Shown here: positions 12,639 to 24,795 of the stretch, in pieces
Layout of the letters: each line of letters starts with the position of its first letter
Numbering within the stretch: position 1 is the first letter of the stretch
Origin: Torpedo marmorata
Lineage: Eukaryota
Reading direction: 5' to 3'
Length of the DNA stretch: 64,000 bases
NCBI GenBank assembly: GCA_977017645.1
Contig: OZ360233.1
Location: 18,476,001 to 18,540,000 of the forward strand
Translations under genes and position numbers: made by a program
The notes under the pieces: generated by a model
Seen by the model: only the letters and a program-made list of their open reading frames with translations
What the model was told of the DNA's origin: nothing
Databases searched by the model: none

Positions 12639-15600
12639 AAGTGAAGTCAAGTCAAGTCAACTTTATTTGTCGTTCATTACCATATAAACAGTAAGACGAG
12701 ATAACGATTCTCCAGGACCATGGGCAGATGTACATAAATATCATAATACAATAGAAAAACTATAACATGCTAATACACATATATATCTAGGAATTGAGAA
12801 GCCTGATGGCTTGGAGGAAAAAACTGTTGCACAGTCTGGAAGTACGAGCCCGAGTGCTTCGGTACTTCCTTCCAGATGGCAAAGGGGAAAACAGTTTTCC
12901 AAAGGGGTGTGATAAGTCCTTCACAATGTTTTTAGCCTTCCTCATGCATCGTGTGTTGTAGATGTCTGTCATGGTGGGGACAGAGACTCCAATAATTTTC
13001 TCCGCCGACCTCACTATCCTCTGCAGGGTCTTTCAGTCCGAGATGGTACAGTTTCCAAACCAAGCGGTGATGCAATTGCTCAGAATACTCTCGATACATC
13101 CCCTGTAGAATGTGATAAGGATAGCGGGTGGGAGATGAACATTCCTCAGCCTTCGCAGGAAGTAAAGACGCTGCTACGCTTTCTTGACTATGGAACTGGT
13201 GTTGAGGGACCAGCTGAGACTCTCTGCCAAGTGCACTCCAAGAAACCTGTTACTCTTTACGACCTGAACGGCAGAGCCGTCCATGGTCAATGGAGAATGA
13301 TCCCCCCGGGCCCTTCTGAAGTCGACAACCAACTCTTTTGATTTGTTTGCATTCAAATGCAGGTTGTTGGATCCGCACCATACCATTAGCGACTCCACCT
13401 CATCTCTGTATGCTGACTCATCGTTCTTACTGATAAGGCCCACCACGGTCGTATCATCAGCGAACTTGATGATGTGATTCGAGCTGTGTTTTTATGCACA
13501 GTCATGAGTTAGCAGGTTTTTTGTTTTTTTTAATATATTTTATTTAAATTTTAAAATCACAAAATACATAGATCAAAAATAATATATCATTCCAAATACA
13601 TGTGATATATTTCCTCCCTCCCTCCCACCCTCCCCTCCCCAACCCCCCCTACCACTACTCTAAAGAAAAAAAAAATTAAAAACACAGAGAAAAGAAAAGA
13701 ATAAAAGAAAAAAAAGTTGAATAATAAAGAATTAATGTGAGGATAAAACAAACTACAAACTAATTCTATTTATATATTGGAGGTTAATTTCGCCAGCGGA
13801 GCCGACTTCCAGAGAATTAATTCATACCCATAATTCTCATGTATGGGCTCCAAATTTTCAAAAAGAAATGATATTTATTACGTAGATTATACGTAATCTT
13901 TTCTAATGGTATACATGAACGTAATTCTGCATGCAATCTATCTAAATTCAAATCTAAATCTGATTTCCAAGTAATAGCAATACATTTTTTTGAAACCGCT
14001 AAAACAATTCGTAAAAATTCTATTTGATACATATTTAATCTACTTCTAATACTAAATTTTTTAATATCTCCAAATAAAAAGAACATAGGATCCATTGGAA
14101 ACATAATATTAAAAATTCTATCTAAAAGTTTTTAAACTTTAGACCAAAAATCCTTAATTTTAGGACATAACCATGTTGAATGAACAATAGAACCAATTTC
14201 ATCCTTGCATCTAAAACACATATCTGATAATGCCGGATTGAATTTCTTTAATTTTTTAGGTGTTAAATTTGTTGATGAAAAAAATTATATTGTACTAATC
14301 TATACCTAACATTAATAATTTTAGTCATACTCAATTTACATAAATCTTTCCAATGTTTTTCATCTATATTAATATTTAAATCTGATTGCCATTTTAATCT
14401 TGATTTATGGTATCCTACTTTAGGCATTTTTCTCTGAAGTAATTTATACATTTGTAATATAAATTTATTAACATTTCCATTAGTAATTAATAATTCTAAT
14501 CCATCCTGTCTTGGAGCTATTAATTGATTCCCCAATTTCTCAACTAAAAATCCTTTAACCTGATAATAAGCTAAAATTGTATTATCTAATATTCCAAATT
14601 TTTCTTTCAATCTAGAAAATGTAACAAATCTTCCAGCCTCAAAACAATCTTTAATCTTCTTAATTCCTTTTTGAAACCATATTTTTAAAAATTGATTATC
14701 AATAGAAAATGGTAAAAATAGATTTTGATACAGTGGCATATTTGGAGATAATGACCCTTTTCGTCCTATCTCATTATCTAATTGTGTCCAAATTTCCAGC
14801 AAATGTTTAATAATCGGTGCATTTTTCTTTTTAACTAATAATAATTTAGAATTCCACTTATAAATAATATCTTCTTTATATCTCTCCCCTATATTATTCA
14901 ATTCTATATTAATCCAAGCAGTAGATTTCGTTAAATCAAAAAATTCATTAATAAACTATAATTGAGCTGCCTTATAATAATATTGCAAATTGGGGAGTTG
15001 TAATCCACCCATCTCATAATTCCAAGTTAATTTATCCATACTTACTCTCGCTAACTTTCCCTTCGATAAAAATTTCCTAATAATAATTTTTAAATCTTTA
15101 AAAAATTTTTGAGGAATTCCAAAAGGAATAGATTGAAAAAGATATTGAATTCTTGGAAAAATATTCATTTTAATGCAATTCACTCTTCCCCTTAAAGTTA
15201 TAGGTAAATCTTTCCAATTCTCCAAATCTTTATTTATTTTCTTAAATAAAGGTGTATAATTTAATTTATATAAATTTTCCAATTTTGTATCTACTTTAAC
15301 TCCCAAATATTTAATTCCTTCTTTAGCCCATTTAAATCTTGTAACTTCTTTACATTTAGTATAATCTCCTTGAGATAAAGCCATTATCTCACTTTTATCC
15401 GAGTTTATTTTATATCCAGATATCTCACCATACTCCATCAGTATTTTAGCTAATTGTTGAAGTGATACAATTGATTTCGTCATATATATTAATACATCAT
15501 CTGCAAATAAACTAATTTTATGCTCTTCTGTACCTACTTTAATCCCATTTATATTAATATCTTTCCTAATCATTTCAGCCAACGGTTCTATTGCCAATAC

Positions 15601-17730
15601 AAATAGAGCAGGTGATAAAGGACATCCTTGTCTTGTTGACCGCATCAAGGGGAATTTAGATGATATCTGACCATTTGTAATTACTCTAGCTGTAGGTTCT
15701 TTATATATAGTTTTAATCCAATTTATAAAAGTATCCCCAAATCCAAATTTCTCTAAAACCTTAAATAAAAAATTCCATTCTAGTCTATCAAATGCCTTTT
15801 CCGCATCTAATGTTATCACCAATGGCAAATCTTGTTTCCTTTTTTGCAAATTAATTAAACTTATTAATCTTGCTATATTATCTTTCGAATATATATTTTT
15901 TATAAATCCTGCTTGATCTGAATGTATTAAAATCGGTAGATACTTAGCTAATCTGTTTGTCAAAATTTTTGCCATTATTTTATAATCTACATTCAACAAT
16001 GATATAGATCTATACGACTCAGTTTTTAATACATCTCTATCTTTCTTTGGTATAACTGTAATAATAGCATTCAAAAAAGTTTTCGGTAATAAATGGGTTT
16101 CCTTAATTTGACTCAATACTTCCATATATATAGGTATCAATAAATCTTTAAATTCTTTATAAAACTCTATCAGAAATCCATCATCACCAGGGGATTTACC
16201 ACTTTTCAATGTCGATAAAGCTTCAGCTACTTCTTTCATTGTAATAGGTAGATCCAATATATCTCTATTAAAATTATTTAATCTAGGTAATGTAATTTTA
16301 GATAAAAATCTATTAATTTTTGTATCATCATGATTAATCTGAGAGGTATATAAATTCTGATAATATTCTCTAAAGGATTCATTTATTTCCTGAGGTTTAT
16401 AAGTTATTTCACCAGTACTTTTTTTTATAGCATTTATAGTTTTAGAAACTTGTTCGTTTCTTATTTGCCATGCTAGAACTTTATGAGCTCTTTCTCCTAA
16501 TTCATAATATCTTTGTTTCGTTCTATCAATTAATTTTTCCATTTTGCGAGTTTGTAATAAATTATAATGCAATTTCCTCCTGATTAAACGATGTCTCTTA
16601 AAAATTGTTTTATTTCTTTGAAAATCTTTCTCCATAAATTCAATCTCCCTTTCCAATTTTTCTTCTTCTTTCAAATAATCTTTTCTAATTTTTGCCGAAA
16701 AACTTATTATCATACCTCTTAAATAAGCTTTTAAATATTCCCAAATTATAAATTTATCATTAATCGAATTATTATTTATTCTTAAAAATTCCTGGATTTC
16801 CTTTCTCATATATTCATAAAAATCTTCATGAGTCAGCAGGTTGAACAGCAATGGACTGAGCACACAGCCCTGGGGAGCCCCCGTGCTCAATGTAATGACC
16901 TTAGAAGTGCTGTTTCCAATCTGGACTGCCTGAGGTCTTTCCGTCAGTAATTCTAGGATCCAATTACAGAGGGTGTAGTTTAGGCCCAGCCCCCTCAACT
17001 TTTCTATCAGGTACTGAGGTATGATCGTGTTGAATGCCGAGCTGAAGTCAATAAACAGCATTCGAACATACGCGTCCTTATTTTACAGGTGGGTGAGGGC
17101 TAGGTGGAGGGTAGTAATGATGGCATCATCTGTGGAGCAGTTTGATATATATACGAACTGCAGGGGGTCCAGTGAGGGGAGCAGCAGAAGCTTGATGTGC
17201 CTCATGACGAGCCTCTCGAAGCACTTCATGATGGTAGATGTGAGTGCGACAGGGCGGTAGTCATTGAGGCAGGACACCGTCGACGTCTTCGGCACGGGGA
17301 TGATGGTAGATGCTTTGAAGCACGTTGGAACCACGGCACTGCTCAGGGAGATGTTAAAGATGTCGGCGAGAACATCAGCCAACTGGGCCGCACATCCCCT
17401 GAGCACTCTGCCAGGAATGTTATCTGGCCCAGCAGCATTCCGTGGGTTAACCTTGCTTAACACTCTCCTCACGTCGGCCACTGTGAAACACAGAACCTGG
17501 TCCTTTGGAGGAGGGGTGGCCTTCTTTGCCACTACATCATTTTTCGCCTCAAAACGCGCGTAGAAGTTGTTCAGTGCATCTGGGAGGAAGGCATCACCAG
17601 CACAGTCAGATGTTGTAGTCTTGTGGTTAGTGATATCTTGAATGCCCTTCTACATGCGTCGCGTGTCCTTGCTGTCCTGAAAGTGACTGTGAATTCGCTG
17701 GGCATGTGCACGCTTTGTCCCTGATGGCCT
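12639..17730 (-). mobile_element. Rex1/Babar-like non-LTR retrotransposon, 5'-truncated, split by L1-e
   Basis: RT motifs [71 protein letters not shown]; 3' end AATAAA followed by (TTGAC)n tail at 12639-12661. Confidence 0.88.
13519..16825 (-). mobile_element. 5'-truncated L1 (L1-e) with long ORF2 RT segment, inserted in the Rex1-like element
   Basis: [41 protein letters not shown]; stop at 14956 and later frameshifts; poly(T) at ~13519-13531; TSD tcatgagt(t/c)agcaggtt at 13502-13518 and 16826-16842. Confidence 0.92.
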
Positions 17731-19442
17731 GTCCTTATAGGAGTTCCTAATATGAGTTTCTTGAAAAAAGACAATATCTGCTTTTAATTGTCTAACATGT
17801 GCCATTACCCTGCGACGTTTTATCGGCCCATTCATGCCTTTTACATTCCAAGAAATTATATTAAAATGGAAGAAATCATCGAATTGATTAGTTAATATTA
17901 ATTGTTGGTAAATGGATGCTCCAGATGCACCTGCCAACATTCCCAAAGCCACAACCCCCTTCGATCCATTACTGAAATGAGGAACAAACAAAACGTAACA
18001 TACAAGTATCCTTGAAATCCTAATTAAACGCAAATAAACCCCCCTTCCGACCCTCCCATTCCTGAAGGTCGGCAACCGAAGTTGCGAACTGCTCAAAGAG
18101 AAAATTTAAACCACAAATGCTTCTGCTGTAGATTTTATCGCTCCTTATAGTTAAATACAAAATTATTTATAACTTTCCATGTCAAAATAAATTCCTTTAC
18201 AAGATAACCATAAGATAAAACCCAACTTGTTTACAAGTAAGCCTCTTATATGCATGCGTTTACAGTCATTTCTAATTCCAGCATCATGACATAAATTGTC
18301 TATATGTAATAATCATTATTTAATTAATTAATAAAGCCCCCGTCTACCAATAGGCGTTATAAACATCATACAATTTGGACTAGATTATTCAAAATAATCC
18401 AAAAGAAAAATTCCACACTAAAATAAATTCCTTGGAGACATTCTGCACGCATGTCTCATGCAATAATTTCTAATTTCAAAAACCCGAATGGATTTGCTCT
18501 TCATTCACTGCATTAGTGATTTAAAAAAACCTTCCCATTCTGCAAATAAATTTGTAAACATCATTTAGCTGTCATGATGCTGAAACAAGCCAGATTGAAA
18601 CTTCTATGTGATAAGAACAAGGATATTCTATACGCATGCTCAGTAGAGACTCTTTAATCTCAACCATATTTTGTGCGCATGCGTTGTACATCCATTAGTA
18701 ACTCACCAACCCAAACAAATCGTCCCCTAGTTACCAGTTAATAAACCCCATTTAAAGAATGAACTGTTGTAAAAAAAAGGGAAACATACCAGTTAATGTA
18801 TTATTGATTAGCCTAAAGTATAAATTTGTTCTGTTGCCACAATGCATACGTGCATGCGCAATGCAATCTTCTTTATTCTCATTCATGTCAGTAATCCTTC
18901 TATGCGCATGCGTCGTTTACTCATTATCATATCGGATAACCCAAGGAAATCATACATAATTCACCACTTTAATATTATTAAAACCCGTTTGATCAATAAA
19001 CTGTTATATAAAAAAGAGAAACATACACATTGACATGTTATTAATATAACCCAAAGTATAAATTTGGCCTTTTGAGCACACAAACATTTTGCATGCATGC
19101 TCAATGGGATTTCCTTTGTTCTCGATCGCAAGCTGCCATCGTGTTGATAACCCCCATTATGCTATTAAAGCTTTGAACATCGTGTAAATTTGACACATTA
19201 TTAAAATGGTAATAAAATTAACCTAAGAAGTTATCTATAAACCTCTATCAATTTATTGTTTTAATCGGAACCTTTCATATTAAAAAAAATACAAATTACA
19301 AAAAGGGAGAGAGAAATAATCCCCCCCATCCTCCAAAATGGTTCAAACTAATACAAAATGAATCTCAGCTTCAGGAGAGAAAAAAACCCAAAACCCCTCT
19401 GTTGCCAATGGATTCGACCCCTGGACATCAAAAAAGGTTAAC

Positions 19443-20288
19443 TCATTCCATGCTCAGTTGCAGAGAAACAGCAGGAACAAGGTCAGCCAAAGCTGAACGC
19501 GCCTCCAATTCAGAGTTCAAAAATCTCTTGCGACCGTTCATAATGATTCTCAGCCGGGCTAGATACAACAACACCGGCCTGAGAGCTTTTTTGCAGAATT
19601 CCGCCATGATCTCATGATATTTTCTCCGCATCTCCACCACCTCCGGGCAGAAATCTGCAACCAACCTATAACAGGTTGGTCCTGATAAACCAAGTCTTTG
19701 TTTTGAGGGGCTACTTGGATGATCCATTCTTTCTGCTGGAAATAGTGGAAGCGAACAATAACCGCCCTTGGACGGTCTCCAGAAAACGACTTGGAAAATG
19801 GAGTACGATGTGCACGTTCGAGCAAAAGGACCGCACCCTTTTGACCTTTTCAAAACACCTCTGCAGGTAGTTCGGTGAAAAATTGTACAGTTGGTTCTCC
19901 TTTTCTAATGTCCTCCTTTGAGCCCAAGATTCGAATATTGTTACGTCGACTCCGGCCCTCCAGGTCAACCAGGCGCGACGTTACTCTTTTTATTGCCAGC
20001 AGCCACTTCTTTCACCATAGTTTCAAACTTTCCCATTCTTTCGTTCACAGCACTCACGTTGGTTTCCATAGCCGTTTCCATATCAGTCATACGACCTGCT
20101 TCTAAGGCTTTGTTAATCTTTGCCTCTACGTCAATATAGAGCTGTCTGATGGCTGTATTTAAATTGTCCGTAATTTCTTGGGATTGTTTCTTCAGCATGT
20201 TGGAGACCGTATCAATCATGGTGGTCGACTCCTCTTCAACTTCAGCTTCTTTGATCTCTTCAGTTGCTTTGGCTGCTTTTATTGCCAT
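19443..20288 (-). pseudogene. L1 ORF1 (nucleic-acid chaperone) of L1-b, frameshifted
   Basis: Coiled-coil-like N-terminus, then LEGRSRRNNIRI, LERAHR, PRAVIVRFHYFQQKEWII spread over several frames. Confidence 0.85.
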
Positions 20289-20498
20289 TTTATCAGCAGT
20301 AGTAGTAGTAGTTAACAGTTAAACCAAACTTTAACCACTTTAGTATAAAAAAAGTTGGGTTTAAGAGAGGAAAGTGTTAAAGGTTGGCAGGAGCACACGA
20401 CTACTCCGTCCTACTCCATGTAGTCGCCAGCCGGAAGTCCGACCGTTTTATCTGACACAACATTATGTTGAACAAAAGAAATTGCATGATCTATAAAA

Positions 20499-21200
20499 AT
20501 TCAAGATTCAAGATTCAATTTATTGCCATTGTAGTAAAACAGTGTCATATTACATTAATTTGCTTTTGCCTGCTGTAAGACAGACAGATTCGCCATCGGC
20601 AGAAATTGCCTGAAGCGCCTCTTATAGTCAGAGAATGAGAAGCAAAAAAGAGAGCCCCCCCCAGAGTCACCGAGTGTCCGTAGATTCGCCTCCAGCGCTT
20701 CCGCAGCCTCCACATTCACACAGAGCCCAGTCCAAACCATTGGCAACTCGAGCTCCGTATCCGAACCTCCGACACGATCAGGAACCCTTCAGCGCCTTCG
20801 GCATCCCCTCGCATCCCGGTTCGATACCTGGTACCCCTTTAGCCAGTTACGAGCCAGTCTCCAGCAGTCCGCAGCCCGGCGAGAGTCTCCTGAAAGCAGT
20901 CTCCAGCAGCCCACAGCCTCCGGGGGTTCCTCGCCCAGCGTCCGAAGCAGCCCGCCGCATGCATTGGTCTTTCAGCCGCAGAACCCCCTCACTGGTTCGC
21001 CGCCGTGGTAACCGTCCCGTGGGTAGTTTCCTCTGCTTCTCATTCTCGGACGGGGATAGTCTCCCCGTTTTTTGGTGCTCTGCGCCAGTCCTCCGATCCC
21101 CTGGAGTCTGCAACCCCTCGTGGCTGCTGCCGAGCAGAGGGGCCGCCATCCTGGGCGCAGACCCCACGGTCGCGGGATTTTAAGTAATTTTAAATGGATA
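20499..21200 (-). mobile_element. GC-rich non-coding retroposon with AATAAA and short tandem-repeat tail (probable non-autonomous element)
   Basis: (TTCAAGA)n followed by TTTATT on + strand at 20499-20524; abrupt GC-rich body with no credible ORF; truncates L1-a; 5' boundary approximate. Confidence 0.55.
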
Positions 21201-21294
21201 CCCCTATGGATTTACCCTGAAACTAAGAATGAAAATGCAACCCGTTCCACCGTCTAAAAAAGTAAAACACGAAAATCTGTAGACACCGTGGTTG

Positions 21295-21389
21295 AAGTAA
21301 AAAACACAAATGTTGGAGAAACTCAGCAGGTCAAACAGTGTCTTTTATGCAGCAAAGGTAGAAATACATAACCGACGTTTCAGGCTTGA
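21295..21389 (-). mobile_element. Short interspersed repeat, Penelope-LTR/hammerhead-like family (copy 1, truncated)
   Basis: Direct repeat of 21669-21790 and 62871-62973 (aaaaacacaaatg.tggagaa.ctcagcaggtcaaacagtgtc...gacgtttc). Confidence 0.75.
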
Positions 21390-21668
21390 AATCGAGAGCA
21401 GAATTCTTAACATGGGACACAGCAAGAGAGAAAATGTCAGCGTTCTTACCCACAATGCAGTGGGCTCCAGAAACCGTTCCATCTCGCCCACCTTAAAAAG
21501 GAGACACACATTGCAAACAATCTTCAGGGTGGATAGACCGCAGGTAGTGTGGGGTGTGTCTTTGAGGAACTGGTGGTTACCGACGGTAATCGGTGGGAGG
21601 GGCCCGTCATATTTCATGGTAACGCTCTGGAGGTGGCTCTGGAAATCGAGGCCCAGTAGTACAGGTGC

Positions 21669-21790
21669 AGTAAAAAACACAAAAGCTGGAGAACTCAGCA
21701 GGTCAAACAGTGTCTTTTATGTAGCAAAGGTAGAAATACATAACCGACGTTTCGGGCTTGAGCCCTTCATAAAAGTATGAGAAAATGCCG
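21669..21790 (-). mobile_element. Short interspersed repeat, Penelope-LTR/hammerhead-like family (copy 2)
   Basis: Same repeat; minus strand 21739-21779 fits a degenerate type I hammerhead topology. Confidence 0.75.
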
Positions 21791-21804
21791 GCAGGCGTCC
21801 GAAC

Positions 21805-22780
21805 GAAAGAAGAAAAAGATAAAGTAAGGAGAATGTCACTCTAAACAAAACAACTATAAACTAATTTTATTGTGGAACACAGGTTCGCCAGTCAGATCCA
21901 ATATCCGGAGATCTTCAAATCCTTAAACCGACAGTTTTTATATATGGGCTCCATATTTTCAAAAAGAAATGATATTTATAACGTAAATTATAAGTAATTT
22001 TCTCAAGTGGTATACATGAACTCAATTCTGCATGCCATCTTTCTAACCCTAAATCTACATCCGTTTTCCATGTAATTGCAATACATTTCTTCGAAACAGC
22101 TAAAGCAATACGTAAAAATTCTGTTTGATACATATTTAATTTCAATTTAACACTGATTCTTTTAATATCTCCAAACAGAAATATCGTAGGATCCATTGGG
22201 AGTGTAATTCTTAATACTTTATCTAGAAACCTTTTAACTTTCAACCAAAAATCATATATCTTTGGACAAAGCCATGTTGAATGTACAAAAGAACCTTCCT
22301 CTCTATTACATCTAAAACATAAGCCGGATAATGTTGGATTAAATTTCTTTAATTTTTAGGTGTTAAATATAATTGATGAAAAAAATTATATTGCACCAAT
22401 CTATATCTAACATTAATAATCTTCATAATACTTTGTTTACATAATTCTTTCCAATGTTCTTCATCAAATCTGTTTCCCAATTTAATCTTGATTTATGAAT
22501 TCCTGGTTTAGGCATTTTCCTCTGTAACAATCTATACATTTGAGAAATAAATTTATTAACACCTCCATTGGTAACTAATAATTCCAATTCAGTCTGTCCT
22601 GGTAAAATCAAACTATGGCCCAACCTTTCAACTAAAATTGCTCTAATTTGGTAATAAGCAAAGATTGTATTATTTGCTACATTAAACTTATCTTTCATTC
22701 TTTGAAACGTAATAAATTTACTAGCTTCAAAACAGTCATTTATTACCTTAATTCCCTTTTGGAACCATATTTTAAATAAG
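21805..22780 (-). mobile_element. L1 3' fragment (L1-f), same subfamily as L1-d, opposite orientation
   Basis: Translates nearly identically to 7187-7983 (MKDKFNVANNTIFAYYQIRA..; ..IKTVGLRI) with matching 3'UTR; tail missing. Confidence 0.9.
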
Positions 22781-22828
22781 TTATTACCGTTTATTGACAA
22801 GATACAATGGTTGACATCTTTTCCAGAA

Positions 22829-23104
22829 GAACAGATCATAATACTGAACTGTAGTTACTTGATATCTGTTGATCATACGTTTGGTACATTCAGCATCGTG
22901 AGATGTTTCCAAAGTATTTGAGGAAGGAATTCGGCGCAGCAAAGATGTCACGGCCACCAGAATGTGCGGAGAGGTTACCGCTGTTTTGCAGAAAGACAGA
23001 AAGATGGATCATCTAAATATTTCCGGGGTGCTGGTGTCGCACTCCCTCGTGTATATTGGTGCTATTACGCCCAAACTGTTGCAGGGCGATGGCGAACAAT
23101 AACC
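22829..23104 (+). pseudogene. 5'-deleted TCR V pseudogene fragment, family B-related (copy C)
   Basis: Starts at IIILNCSY; ECAER, HLNISGVLVSHS; heptamer mutated CAAACTG 23072-23078, 17-bp spacer, ACAATAACC 23096-23104. Confidence 0.85.
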
Positions 23105-24795
23105 GACCATATATGTTGCAAAGAGCGTTCGGGCACGCATGAAAGCAAAAGTGACAGCAAGGTAAATGCGGGGGCAGGTGCTCCCCATTACAATGGTGAT
23201 ATTTGGCAGAAGATATCGCCGAATATTCAAGAATTGATTCTGAATTTGACTCACACCTCGAGGCACAATGTGGAGACATCATATAGGATTTAAATAATCA
23301 GAGCGCCGGAGGGCGTGATTCGCGCCCGCCACGCAGAAAAAGAATTCAGCCAAGCTTGAGGAATTGTCGCTAAATGCAAGTTAATACGATGAAGAAAATT
23401 ACACAGGATTTCCAGAACACCTTATTATCTCTCACCCCATTTTCTCTAACAAGCCATGGCGCGTGAAAACATTGCTGGAAAACATCTTTCACCGCTTTGT
23501 TGGAGCTCTCTGAAGTTTTTCCATTGAGAATGACCTGGCGATATAGCGAATTTATCTTTCGAGAAAGCACCAGATAAGGTGTTGCACCTCGGATTCAGCA
23601 AACGTGTCTTGCCATGTATAGGGGATACGACCACTTACGGAAATCTAATTGAGGAAAAAGGGCATTTTTGTGGATGGCGAATATATAACGAGAGGGGATG
23701 AAGCAGGGTTCAAGGTGTGTTTCATAGACCTCTTCCTGACATTGATGATTCCAATAAATGGACCACGTGGAATGACATTGAAATGGCGCATGATACATGA
23801 GAGATGACTGCGCAAGTCGTGAGAAGAGAGAGCTGGAAAGGGCTAAGGGAGAGAGGGGTGCCGAGTACAGAGCGTGAGAAAGTTGTCGAAAACAGGCTAG
23901 TAGAGAGAGAGAGAGAGAGAGAGGGAGAGAGCGAGCAAGAGAGAGAGAGAGAGAGATAGTGAAGGACATAGAGATAGAGATAGAGAAAGAAGGAGGAGAG
24001 AAAAGGAGATAACGAAAATTTGGTGGAAAGAGACATAAAGGAGTTATGGGTACAAATGACTGGGATAACGTGGCCAGGATAGAGAGAAAGAGATCGTGAC
24101 CAGTGTTAAGGTCAGAATGAGTGCGATATGGTCTCAAGTACGCAGGAAGCAGGGAGAAAGTAAGGGCGGATCTGTGAGCGAGGGCGTGAGAGAAGCAGGG
24201 GGAAATACAGAAAGAGTAATGGAGGAAGGAAAGGTCAGATAGAGCAGAGGAAAATGGAGGTGGAGGCAGCAAAAAAGCTCACCCAGAAAGTTTTGTGGAT
24301 GGTAAGCAGGGGGCGTTCTCGCTCCGGAGATCTTCTGTCCGTACATGCACTGTACGACGATGCAACAGATCGAGTAATCGATAGTTCTCAATCCATGACA
24401 AGGTCGCACTAAATGTGACTCTATGACCGGAGAGTCATTCACTCGAGGTCGTTTTCATCCCGCAGAACGTGCGACGGNNNNNNNNNNNNNNNNNNNNNNN
24501 NNNNNNNNNNNNNNNNNNNNNNNNNNNNNNNNNNNNNNNNNNNNNNNNNNNNNNNNNNNNNNNNNNNNNNNNNNNNNNNNNNNNNNNNNNNNNNNNNNNN
24601 NNNNNNNNTGTTTGTGTGCTTGTGTTTGTGTGTGTGCGAGAGAGAGTTAACGAGTAGAGAGTGAGAGAGAGGGAAAGGAAGAGAGAAAGGAAATTGGGTA
24701 GGTAAATTACAGAGAGACAGAGAAGTGGAGTCAGAGAGAATGAATAAACTGAATGTAAAGCAGTCAATGAGGTGAATTGAAACAGCGCAGATACT

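Larger units (their letters stand above)
5644..20440 (-). mobile_element. Full-length decayed L1-clade LINE (L1-b) carrying several nested insertions
   Basis: 5' end GGACTTCCGG at 20440; ORF1 20288-19443; ORF2 pieces ~17880-17731, ~12240-9463, ~6760-6100; 3'UTR and tail to ~5650; degenerate TSD gaccgtttgcatct (5630-5643) / gaccgttttatct (20441-20453). Confidence 0.8.

Noticed and set aside
20635-21183. 182-aa Pro/Ser-rich ORF
   Set aside because: Expected from a GC-rich repeat with few stops; overlapping ORFs in several frames and no motif
23595-24442. Recurrent 100-225 aa Leu/Ser-rich or Arg/Glu-rich ORFs in spacers (also 1040-1426, 33619-34296, 43406-44077, 48274-48945)
   Set aside because: Translations of GA/TC microsatellite-rich DNA; frames change with repeat length between units and there are no domain motifs
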